Part shown: positions 35,574-47,324 of the stretch, one piece after another | Numbering within the stretch: the stretch's first letter is position 1 | Layout of the letters: the number at the start of each line of letters is the position of its first letter | NCBI GenBank assembly: GCA_965649825.1 | Contig: OZ287703.1 | Location: 1,204,740 to 1,268,739 of the forward strand | Source: Penicillus capitatus | Lineage: Eukaryota; Plantae; Chlorophyta | DNA length: 64,000 nt | Reading direction: 5' to 3' | Program-made: the position numbers and the translations under genes | Notes under the pieces: generated by a model | Database searches by the model: none | What the model saw: only the letters and a program-made list of their open reading frames with translations | What the model was told of the DNA's origin: nothing

Positions 35574-37383
35574 TTCAGAGAGCTAGAAATGGTGCCGCCA
35601 CAGCGTCTTTATAGCCGTGGCAGTGGCGGCACTACAACGCGTCGAATGCCGACCACGCCGTAGCTTAGTCATCCCGCCTTGATCCGTTCGACGGATCAGG
35701 ATGAGCGAACGAATCAAGGCGAAAGCAAACGATAATCGCGCGGAACATTGACCTCACACACATTGTGACAATACTCGATTATTCGAATGACCGAGGTTCT
35801 AATTTTATCCACGTCCACAGAAATAGTACGCATAACAAGTATATTAATCAGTTCTTTTGCGAGATGCCCGTAGTTTGACGTCGTTTCTCTGAAGCTGATT
35901 CCCGAGATGTCTCTAACAACAGCAAAAATTATCAACCATTTGTCAGGATGTATTTTGCAAGCTAGACCTTCGCAATGGGTTCCATCGGGTGCCGCTGGAA
36001 GCGGCCATGGGAAATGTCTTCGCCTTTGGGACCCGACGGCGTTTTTTCCGTTACAAGGTTTTGCCCCAAGGGTGGTCAGCGAGCCCTCACCTTTTTCATG
36101 CGATCGTCATGGAGATCTGCGCGGGGCACCCTGTCCTGCATTACATTGACGATCTGGTCATAGGGGCGCGGACACTGAAAGAACTCGAGGGACGTGTGTC
36201 CGCCCTATTGAGGACCCTAGAACATTATGGGCTCCAAGTACAGAAGAGCAAATTCGTATTTGGTCGGCGGGAGATAACATTCCTGGGGCTAGAGTTGATT
36301 CATTTGTTGAGTTCATGAGCACGTGGGGGTAAGGGGGGTAAAATGTTCAAAATTAAACGCGACAGCGTATTGAAACAGTGTATTTTAAACGTTTTTGTAA
36401 ACATCAGAAATCTTCATTCGTCATATTTATGCGAACATGACGTTGCTTGGCTCGTTCGTCCGTGCTCCATGACACTCACTGTCTCGGGTCACATAAATTG
36501 CAGAGTTCTATGACAATCTGAAACGTAAGCAAACAATAATCGCGCGGAACATTGACCTCACACACATTGTGACAATACTCGATTATTCTGTGACTGTGTG
36601 TTTCGAGGCTGTGTGTGACCGTCTTGATGCTGTAGCCACGTTCGTGTACCCAGTACGTCAACAGTTGACGCAGTTCCGCGCTTTTTTGGAGGTCCGTCGC
36701 CAGTTCGGTCTTTGCGGGCTCACAAATCCGCCCGTTGCTAGTCTTCTTCAAATCTACAACCGAACTCCGCGACATTTCAGAGAGCTAGAAATGGTGCCGC
36801 CACAGCGTCTTTATAGCCGTGGCAGTGGCGGCACTACAACGCGTCGAATGCCGACCACGCCGTAGCTTAGTCATCCCGCCTTGATCCGTTCGACGGATCA
36901 GGATGAGCGAACGAATCAAGGCGAAAGCAAACGATAATCGCGCGGAACATTGACCTCACACACATTGTGACAATACTCGATTATTCTGTGACTGTGTGTT
37001 TCGAGGCTGTGTGTGACCGTCTTGATGCTGTAGCCACGTTCGTGTACCCAGTACGTCAACAGTTGACGCAGTTCCGCGCTTTTTTGGAGGTCCGTCGCCA
37101 GTTCGGTCTTTGCGGGCTCACAAATCCGCCCGTTGCTAGTCTTCTTCAAATCTACAACCGAACTCCGCGACATTTCAGAGAGCTAGAAATGGTGCCGCCA
37201 CAGCGTCTTTATAGCCGTGGCAGTGGCGGCACTACAACGCGTCGAATGCCGACCACGCCGTAGCTTAGTCATCCCGCCTTGATCCGTTCGACGGATCAGG
37301 ATGAGCGAACGAATCAAGGCGAAAGCAAACAATAATCGCGCGGAACATTGACCTCACACACATTGTGACAATACTCGATTATT
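35386..37383. repeat. 398-bp unit (345-bp orphan-gene promoter/exon 1 plus 53-bp hairpin): copies at 35386-35783, 36588-36985 and 36986-37383
   Basis: Essentially identical sequence; spacing 36588 to 36986 = 398; the unit is bounded by the direct repeat CGATTATTC (35378-35386 and 35776-35784). Confidence 0.95.
35608..35613 (-). promoter_or_regulatory. TATA box of the orphan gene; duplicated in each 398-bp repeat copy
   Basis: TATAAA on the minus strand just upstream of the ATG at 35573. Confidence 0.45.
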
Positions 37384-38728
37384 CGAATGACCGAGGTTCT
37401 AATTTTATCCACGTCCACAGAAATAGTACGCATAACAAGTATATTAATCAGTTCTTTTGCGAGATGCCCGTAGTTTGACGTCGTTTCTCTGAAGCTGATT
37501 CCCGAGATGTCTCTAACAACAGCAAAAATTATCAACCATTTGTCAGGATGTATTTTGCAAGCTAGACCTTCGCAATGGGTTCCATCGGGTGCCGCTGGAA
37601 GCGGCCATGGGAAATGTCTTCGCCTTTGGGATCCGACGGCGTTTTTTCCGTTACAAGGTTTTGCCCCAAGGGTGGTCAGCGAGCCCTCACCTGTTGAGTT
37701 CATGAGCACGTGGGGGTAAGGGGGGTAAAATGTTCAAAATTAAACGCGACAGCGTATTGAAACAGTGTATTTTAAACGTTTTTGTAAACATCAGAAATCT
37801 TCATTCGTCATATTTATGCGAACATGACGTTGCTTGGCTCGTTCGTCCGTGCTCCATGACACTCACTGTCTCGGGTCACATAAATTGCAGAGTTCTATGA
37901 CAATCTGAAACGTAAGCAAACAATAATCGCGCGGAACATTGACCTCACACACATTGTGACAATACTCGATTATTCGAATGACCGAGGTTCTAATTTTATC
38001 CACGTCCACAGAAATAGTACGCATAACAAGTATATTAATCAGTTCTTTTGCGAGATGCCCGTAGTTTGACGTCGTTTCTCTGAAGCTGATTCCCGAGATG
38101 TCTCTAACAACGGCAAAAATTATCAACCATTTGTCAGGATGTATTTTGCAAGCTAGACCTTCGCAATGGGTTCCATCGGGTGCCGCTGGAAGCGGCCATG
38201 GGAAATGTCTTCGCCTTTGGGATCCGACGGCGTTTTTTCCGTTACAAGGTTTTGCCCCAAGGGTGGTCAGCGAGCCCTCACCTGTTGAGTTCATGAGCAC
38301 GTGGGGGTAAGGGGGGTAAAATGTTCAAAATTAAACGCGACAGCGTATTGAAACAGTGTATTTTAAACGTTTTTGTAAACATCAGAAATCTTCATTCGTC
38401 ATATTTATGCGAACATGACGTTGCTTGGCTCGTTCGTCCGTGCTCCATGACACTCACTGTCTCGGGTCACATAAATTGCAGAGTTCTATGACAATCTGAA
38501 ACGTAAGCAAACAATAATCGCGCGGAACATTGACCTCACACACATTGTGACAATACTCGATTATTCGAATGACCGAGGTTCTAATTTTATCCACGTCCAC
38601 AGAAATAGTACGCATAACAAGTATATTAATCAGTTCTTTTGCGAGATGCCCGTAGTTTGACGTCGTTTCTCTGAAGCTGATTCCCGAGATGTCTCTAACA
38701 ACAGCAAAAATTATCAACCATTTGTCAG
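35731..38728. repeat. Proximal cluster of the 591-bp chimeric unit, interleaved with the 398-bp unit
   Basis: 53-bp hairpin module at 35731, 36535, 36933, 37331, 37922 and 38513; the last three are spaced exactly 591 bp apart. Confidence 0.95.
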
Positions 38729-40244
38729 GATGTATTTTGCAAGCTAGACCTTCGCAATGGGTTCCATCGGGTGCCGCTGGAAGCGGCCATGGGAAATGTC
38801 TTCGCCTTTGGGATCCGACGGCGTTTTTTCCGTTACAAGGTTTTGCCCCAAGGGTGGTCAGCGAGCCCTCACCTTTTTCATGCGATCGTCATGGAGATCT
38901 GCGCGGGGCACCCTGTCCTGCATTACATTGACGATCTGGTCATAGGGGCGCGGACACTGAAAGAACTCGAGGGACGTGTGTCCGCCCTATTGAGGACCCT
39001 AGAACATTATGGGCTCCAAGTACAGAAGAGCAAATTCGTATTTGGTCGGCGGGAGATAACATTCCTGGGGCTAGAGTTGAGATCGAATGGAAGAGTGAGC
39101 GCCGAAAAGTATCTAAAGGAGCGAAGGGAAAAGGTCGGAAGTGTGGTGGAGACGAAGAAGGAGCTCCAAGGGCTGCTAGGGGTATTCAATGTCGCCAGGC
39201 ATTTTGTCCCAGAACTAAGCCAGAAGACGCGGGACCTACAGGAACTGCTGACGACGCTGAGAGGCAGTTCGTTGGAAAGGGAGGAGAGAGAGAAGGCCCA
39301 CGCGCTGGCGGAGAGGGCATGGGAGGAGGTCCTGAGAACCTGCGTCTCGGTGCAGATGGCCGTTCCGGAGGACGCCCGATTCGAGTTGTTTACCGATTGG
39401 TCCACCGAGGCATTAGGATATGTCCTCTTCGTGGACGGTGAGGGCGGACGCCAGATCGTGGATATCAATTCCGCCAAGACGGCCGACCAGGCCACGGTGA
39501 GCAGCTTCCTGGGGGAATTGCGCGGGATCGTATGGGGACTGAAAAAGGTCCGACACATTGTCTGGACAGCCCCGATCAAGGTCTGTTGTGACAACCAAGG
39601 CACAGTGTCCCGGCTGCGGAAGGGGGAGACTATGGGAGACGACGTGCGCTGCTCGCGCCTCATGAGCTGGATCCTGGAAAACTTCCCACAGGCTTGCTGG
39701 GAATATGTTCCTGGAGCGATCAACCAGGTGGCCGATTTCCTTAGCAGAAAGAGGGCCCAAGAGGACAGGGGAGAAAGAGTCGTAGGGATGCTTTCCCTTA
39801 GTCAAAGACCCCCCGAAGATGTCGTCCGACAACGATTGGAAAAGGCTCATCGGGGTCACTGGCATGCAGAGAGGACCTGGCAGCATCTCAAACGAGACGG
39901 GCCAATTTGGCCTGGAGCAAGAAGGGAAGCACTTCACTATGCGAAGCGGTGCCCTACATGCCAACGCTTCCGCAGTCTCGAACATCGGGAGCCTTGGGAA
40001 GGCATGGAGATGACACGGCCGAACGAGGTCGTCTTTGGAGACTTCCTCGGGCCCATTAGGTTGAGCCGGGGACGAGGGAAGAGAGTGATCCTAGTACTAG
40101 TTGACGGGTTCAGTCGATACACCCATCTACACATGGCGGTCACGCCCACAGAAACAGCGGTGTTGAGGGGCTTACGCCGTTGGGAACGGACGTTGACCTG
40201 GAGACACGGCCACGTCAGACTCTTCATGGCAGACAGGGGGGCCG

Positions 40245-40249
<5 letters not shown>
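38729..40249 (+). mobile_element. Ty3/gypsy pol fragment (partial RT, RNase H, partial integrase), truncated at both ends; family distinct from the element at 44353
   Basis: FCKLDLRNGFHRVP, YKVLPQGWSASP, HYIDD, ITFLG; RNase H FTDWS..GELRG..CCDN..VADFLSR; integrase H..H/C..C, FGDFLGP, VDGFSRY, ADRGAAF, cut before the catalytic Glu. No gag, PR or LTR. Confidence 0.93.
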
Positions 40250-41592
<1,343 letters not shown>

Positions 41593-41664
41593 CAATCGAC
41601 CATCATCGTGATGATACATCGATTGCACTAAATTCTTCGGCGCGATAGACAACGCATAGACGCA

Positions 41665-43991
41665 ATGGGTGGAGCCTATTCCGTTAAAGACACGACGGGT
41701 TCACTGATAGTACGTGGCGAGTCGGAACGTCGCGAACGGGTCGATGCCGTCGCTTTCGGCACGGGAACGAAGGACTACAGTCTCTGGGTGCGCCTATCGC
41801 CCTCCGTGCAAAATGTCCCCCACAGTGCGCGTGAAGGTCGAGGAGTTGAGCTTTGCCTGCACAAATCTCGTCAACAGAGATATCCTCAGGTATGAAAATC
41901 TCACACTTATCACTCTTCATGACTGCGCCACACACCATGTGTAGTTTATCTGACCCATTTGCCGTCCTCTATACAGCAACGGACGACGGTCTGCGAGAAG
42001 TGGGCCGCACAGAGGTCGTACCCAATAATCTGAGTAACGGATTGGAATCGCGTCGAGAAAAGAGTGCGTGAAATGCTCACGGTTTTGTAGATCCGAAGTT
42101 TGTTCGGTCCTTCCAAGTGCTCTACGAATTTGAGCGTCTTCAGCAAATGAAGGTCGTTCTGTACGATGCCGATGAAGACCGAAGTGTCAAAGATCTGAAA
42201 CTGGACGATCAAGTGCCGATTCAGTCGTCCCATCCATTGCACTGATGTGTCGCATCACGGGCTAGGATTTCTTGGGCTCTGCTGCGTTTACGTTGGCCGA
42301 TATCGTCACCGAGTCCCAGGGACACTGCACGTTGCCTTTGCTCGGTGAAAACAATACTCCGATGAGCGAGAGCAAAGTTCTCACTCTTTCTGTCACATCA
42401 AGGAAGATGCATGTCACATCAGGTTTCGATCTACTACGAAGAGCAAAGCAATCAGTCCGATGAAGTGAAGCTCATTCTTGGAGCGCGTCTCAACAGCAGT
42501 CGAGCATCCGGCGTCTTCTACAGAATCAGTAAACAACATGGCGATGGGGAAACGTGGATCCCTGCCTATCGATCCGAAGTCCTGCGGCCGTCGGATGGCA
42601 ATCCGCCGTTGATCTGGAAGCCGCTCGAGACGCGACTGAGAATTCTGTGCAATGCAAATGTCACCCGTCCGCTGCTCGTCGAGGTCGGACGCTTGGAAAC
42701 GGCGATTGACTGAAATGTGGCTCTCTAGCTGTTCTACTTCAAAAGCCGAGGCACGCATCAGTCCGCCGGCAAAATCACGCTCTCGCTCAACGACATCGAA
42801 AGCGCCGCCAAAGGTAAAGTATGGAGAGATTCTGTGATGTGACAGGTCTGTCTTCTGAACAGGATCCGTGGCGTCGCCGGTTTTGAACAAAGATGGGCAA
42901 AGCGTCGGAGAGATCTTTATCAGAGGTGATCCCCATCGACAAGATTCCCAACGGACCCATCCCTCTGTGTCCATCAGGATACGAGAGAACACCTGCTCCT
43001 TCGTTTTTGGAGTACATTGCATCCGGTTTTGAGATTTGTTTTCTGGTCGCCATCGATTTCACGCGATCCAATGGACTGCCCGAGTATCCTGGATCCCTTC
43101 ACCACATATTGACGGAGACCACAGATGGCGAGCGGAGGTTGAACGTCTACGAAGAAGCTCTTTTTGGAGTCGGACGTGTGTTGGAGGCCTACGACACCGA
43201 TCAGCTCTTCCCGACGTGGGGCTTCGGAGCAAAACTCCCCGGAGAGGACAAAGTCGTCAGTCATTGCTTTGCTGTCAATGGCGACGATTCCGCTCCCGAG
43301 TGCCAAGGCGTCCGTGGGGTCCTGGATGCTTACAGGCACGCATCTCTCTCTCGACAGGCCTTTACGCGTTTGCATCTGGTAGGGATGCACTGGATCGCGT
43401 CACACTGGCCGGACCGACATTTTTCAGTCCAGTACTTAAGGCGGCGGCGACGATGGCGGCTAGAGATTCGCATCGAAAGTACTACTGTCTGCTCATGATC
43501 ACCGATGGCGTTTTGCTGGACATGCCAGTGCGTCGCGATCCATTCTCTATTCCTATGATGCACGCCGTTCCGTGTGGCTGTCTGTCTCTAGCGTGTGAAA
43601 CGCGAGATCATTGCCGCTTCGAGTCTTCCGTTATCGATCATGCTCGTCGGCGTGGAAAGGAAGATTTCTCGAAGATGGTCGAGCTGGATTCGGACGACGT
43701 CTTGCTGTCCGAAGACGGGGTCTACGCCGAAAGAGACATCGTACAGTTCGTCGAATTTGAAAAATACAAGAACAATGGCGAGGCACTCGCCAAGGAACTC
43801 TTAGCCGAGTTCCCCGGACAATTCCTCACCTATATGAAGTCAGACATCTCACTCTTTGTCACACGTTTGACAGGACTCGTAACATTTTGCCGTTCGAGAG
43901 CAACGGGCAAACAAAAGAAGAGGAGGTGAAGAGAGAAGAGGATTCGCACGCAGAGACCGTATCGGTCACAGAAGATCTGCAGACGACGTAA
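41665..43991 (+). CDS. Copine (BONZAI-like; two C2 domains plus vWA), apparently complete
   Basis: MGGAYS N-myristoylation-like start; SDPF, YEFERLQ, DFLG (C2A); C2B; FLEYIASGFEICFLVAIDFTRSNG..SLH, FPTWGFGAK, LAGPTFF, LMITDG, LPLSIMLVGVG, RDIVQFVEF, ELLAEFPGQFL. Confidence 0.88.
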
Positions 43992-44149
43992 TGGCATGGC
44001 ATTGTTGGCGAAATGCAGTACTTAATCACACACTTCAGGAATCAGAGTATCTGTTCACAATGACGCCGCCTTCGCCGCTGTCTAATACTTCGCTCTCATC
44101 GGCTGTCCACACCTCTTCATCTCCTCCTGCACTCCGAAAACACTCAGGA

Positions 44150-44290
44150 GTGCTTGCGTGATCGAAGCAGCTGCCAGAATGCTGAAGAGGAAAACGAGAC
44201 CGGAGCCCGCGTCGACGCAGAAATGTGTGATTACTGGTTCGCCGGCGAAGTACAGAGATCCGCTCACGAAGCTGCCGTACGCAACGATCG
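44150..44290 (+). pseudogene. YL1_C-domain fragment (VPS72/SWC2-like), truncated on both sides
   Basis: KCVITGSPAKYRDPLTKLPYAT matches the YL1 C-terminal motif; no room for the rest of VPS72 after the copine stop; the following AFK helix is absent. Confidence 0.7.
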
Positions 44291-44352
44291 TGATCGTCGA
44301 TGGCGATGTACCCAGTAGTGTATTAATGAGAAACTTAAACGCGACAGCGTAT

Positions 44353-44534
44353 TGTGATACTCGAATTCAGAAACAAAGCAAGCAAACAGAGTGTGTTACA
44401 AAATACGAATCGTGTTTCTCGAACATCGTATTTATACTACTCAGCATGACGTTATGATGTCGTCATGCCTCTTGTAATGATGTGACTGATGTTTCTTCCT
44501 TTCCTCTTCCCGCTTCATCTTCAGATCCACGACA
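44353..44534 (-). repeat. 3' LTR (182 bp)
   Basis: TGTGATACTC..CCACGACA, identical by eye to 49071-49252; minus-strand TATAAATA at 44429-44437; hairpins AAATACGA/TCGTATTT and GCATGACG/CGTCATGC. Confidence 0.97.
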
Positions 44535-47324
44535 ATCGCTTCCCTGCGTTGGACTCCGATGAAAGAAAGGTCGGAGATGATCTCGGTGGGTCAGGAAAGG
44601 CTTCTTGGATTGCGAAGTGAAAAGGTAGTAAAGTTGAGGAGAGAATTGTTTGTGAATAATGTATGGTCCAAGCCACTGTGGGGCTAATTTATTGCCGTGT
44701 GTGTGGGCATGCTGATGGTCAAAAAGGAGGACAGAAGAGCCAACTGGGAGAATCGAGGAACGATCCGGGCGATTTTGTTGGCGATCTTGTTGGTGCTGCA
44801 TTTGCTGATCGATAGCATGCCAGCGGGCGGCGAGAAGGTCATGGTGTCGAGTGGGATGTGGTGCTTCAGATTGAGGTGCGCTGATGGATGCTGAGGCTTC
44901 TGGCACGGGATGCAGGCGCGGCTGATAGCCGAATGCGGTCTGTGCAGCACTGAGCTTGGTGATAGTATTCGGATGTGCGTTGAGAAAGGCTTGGACTTGG
45001 GGTAGGTGCCGGGCCCATCGGCCCTGTGTCGGAAGTCGTTGGAGGCGGCGGATTACTTCCTGATTGAGACGCTCCACTGTGCCATTACATTGCGGCCGAT
45101 AGGCAGGGATGGTGCGACGAGTGATGCCGTGAGTGGTCATCCAGTGAGAGAGCTGGTTGCCGACGAAGGCTGGCGCGTTGTCGGTCTGGATGGTGGCTGG
45201 GTTGCCAAAGAGTGTCTTCCAATGTTCCAGGAGCTTGATAATAGCGGTGGCGTTGGCCTGGGAGGCTGCGGAGAGGAGGCAGAAGCGAGTACAGAGATCG
45301 ACGGCGGCGATAATGAAACGCTGAGAGCCGTCGGGCTTCATAGGTCCAATGACGTCGAGGCCAACGCACTGATTCATGTGTTGCCAGGTGTTGTAGGAAG
45401 GGGCAACTGGTGGGTCATGTCTTGCGAAACGCTGGCATTGAGGACAACTGCGTACCCATTGTTGGACATGGGAGGTGGCTTGGGGAAAGTAGATCATGCG
45501 CTGAAGCTTCTGGGTGGTGGTCTGAGTGCCGTAGTGACCGCTGTCTTCATGGGCGAGGGTGAGCCAGTGCGAGATTTCGTGTGGGTCGAGGCAACAGGGT
45601 GTCCAGAGCAATCCGTCGGCAGAGTGCTCGAAACGGTTATGACGGAGGCGAAAAAATTGGGCGCGGTGCTTGAGGCGGGCGCGCTGTTGTGGTGTCAGGT
45701 CGTCAGGGCATCTGCCGGTGTGCAAGTAGTCCTCCATCTGGAGGTACCAGCTGGGCCAAGTAACTGGTGGGGCGTCGGCGCGTTGTGCGGGAGCGACGAC
45801 TGGGGTCTCCGTGAGCGTCTGGCGCCACCAGTGGCTTCGACTGAGAAGATCGGCGATGACGTTTGCCACGCCATCGACATGTTTCACTCGACCCGCGGCC
45901 AAGTTGAGCGCGTCCAGATGTCGCTGGACAAGGAAGCTCTGGTCTTTACTGCCGCTGGCTTGCTTCACAACAGTGGCATCTGTGAAGATGGTAAGGTGTT
46001 TACCCATGATGTCGTGTCGGACTTCCTTGAGAGCTCGTTCGAGACCGAGGAGTTCTGCCTTGCCACTGGAGCGGAATTTCGCTCTCTGAAATCCCCCGGC
46101 TCCAAGGCGGATAAGCTGCTTGTTTTCGGCGTCAAAAAGTGCGTAGCCAAAGCCGTCTCTACTGGCGTCGACGTATAGATCGACGGAAGCCCCGACGGCG
46201 TCCGGTCGGTTGTACCAGACGCGTCCGAATGAGCGTATGAGTGTTTTCCACCGACTGGGTTCCTCCTTCCAGTACTGCTGTATTTCTGCGGCTTCAGCAT
46301 TGGCAAGCTTCTGGAGATCTGCTAGGCTCCTTATATTGCAGCGGCAGTAGTTGAGCACCGTTCGGATCAGGCCGATGAGGGAGCGGACTTCGGTCTTCGT
46401 TTGCGGGGGTGTTGCTGCAAGCAGTTGTTGCATCGTTGTTCGGGGCGGCAGCACCCCTTGTTTCGTGAATCGGTGGCCCAGGAACTCTATTTCTTCTACC
46501 CCGTATTTGCATTTCTTCGGGGATGCTGTCCACCCGTACTTTTTGTACACCGCCAGAAGTTCCTTCACTGCCTCCGCGAGTCCCTTTTCCGTCTGTGCAC
46601 CGACACAGACATCGTCAGCGTAGCTCTCGATCGTTGCCCGTATTCCCTTGTTCTTCAGCAGGTCCCGTGCTTCTGCGATGGTTGTTTGCACCGCCTGATC
46701 GAAGAACGCCATTGAGTTAATCCAGCCCATGGGGAGTCTTGTAAAAGCGTATGGCTGGCGGTCGAAGACAGTAATGAAATACGGTTGGAGATCCTCCGCG
46801 AGCGGGATCTGGTAGAATCCGTGCCTGAAGTCGAACTTTGCAAAGATGTTCATTCCAGCCAAACCATGCTTCGCTCCTTCCCGGTGCATGGGGAGTGCTG
46901 GTCTCCGAGTCGTCAAAGTGTTGAGTCCTCGGAAGTCGAGTACTACTCGCCTCTCGAGCGAGTCCTTCTTCGCGACTGAGAACCACGGGATGACGTGTTT
47001 CGGCTTCCCGTGGAATCGCTTCACAATTCCGGCGTCTATGAGCTGGTCGATTTCCTTCCGGCATGCCGCAGTTTCGGCAGCAAACGCGTAGGGGACTTTT
47101 GTGGCCACTGAGTGCAGCTGCCCCCGTACGTCGTCCATGCTGACCTCCCATCCCCGAAAACGTCCAATTCCTTCACGGATGACGTCCGGGAACATAGCCA
47201 GCAGCTGTTCCATGCTGCAGCAGTCATTCTTCTTGTCATGCGACAGCAGTCCTGACTGCAAGTCTACTGCCGCGTGGGAAAATGTCTTCTTGTGCTGCGA
47301 AGCTGATGTTGTTTCCCGTTGCAA
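44463..47324 (-). CDS. pol: Pol: RT - RNase H - DDE integrase with GPY/F motif, no chromodomain; in the -1 frame relative to gag
   Basis: RRVVLDFRGLN, FAKFDFRHGFYQIP, FTRLPMGW, YADD, IEFLGH; YVDAS..AELLG..FTD..ADLLSR; HHCC, GLDVIGP, TDNAPAF, VERLNQ; PQWLGPY. Stop lies inside the 3' LTR. Confidence 0.95.
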   Translation of the reverse strand: MQRETTSASQHKKTFSHAAVDLQSGLLSHDKKNDCCSMEQLLAMFPDVIREGIGRFRGWEVSMDDVRGQLHSVATKVPYAFAAETAACRKEIDQLIDAGIVKRFHGKPKHVIPWFSVAKKDSLERRVVLDFRGLNTLTTRRPALPMHREGAKHGLAGMNIFAKFDFRHGFYQIPLAEDLQPYFITVFDRQPYAFTRLPMGWINSMAFFDQAVQTTIAEARDLLKNKGIRATIESYADDVCVGAQTEKGLAEAVKELLAVYKKYGWTASPKKCKYGVEEIEFLGHRFTKQGVLPPRTTMQQLLAATPPQTKTEVRSLIGLIRTVLNYCRCNIRSLADLQKLANAEAAEIQQYWKEEPSRWKTLIRSFGRVWYNRPDAVGASVDLYVDASRDGFGYALFDAENKQLIRLGAGGFQRAKFRSSGKAELLGLERALKEVRHDIMGKHLTIFTDATVVKQASGSKDQSFLVQRHLDALNLAAGRVKHVDGVANVIADLLSRSHWWRQTLTETPVVAPAQRADAPPVTWPSWYLQMEDYLHTGRCPDDLTPQQRARLKHRAQFFRLRHNRFEHSADGLLWTPCCLDPHEISHWLTLAHEDSGHYGTQTTTQKLQRMIYFPQATSHVQQWVRSCPQCQRFARHDPPVAPSYNTWQHMNQCVGLDVIGPMKPDGSQRFIIAAVDLCTRFCLLSAASQANATAIIKLLEHWKTLFGNPATIQTDNAPAFVGNQLSHWMTTHGITRRTIPAYRPQCNGTVERLNQEVIRRLQRLPTQGRWARHLPQVQAFLNAHPNTITKLSAAQTAFGYQPRLHPVPEASASISAPQSEAPHPTRHHDLLAARWHAIDQQMQHQQDRQQNRPDRSSILPVGSSVLLFDHQHAHTHGNKLAPQWLGPYIIHKQFSPQLYYLFTSQSKKPFLTHRDHLRPFFHRSPTQGSDCRGSEDEAGRGKEETSVTSLQEA

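Noticed and set aside
35665-35730. Hammerhead ribozyme / retrozyme (GGATGAG..CGAAAG near hairpins)
   Set aside because: The CUGANGA core is absent on both strands and stems I-III cannot be built. An Infernal scan would settle it.
45006-46178. 390-aa plus-strand ORF
   Set aside because: Lies wholly antisense to RNase H/integrase in GC-rich coding DNA with no motifs; a shadow ORF. The same applies to 47934-48668 and 39007-39723.
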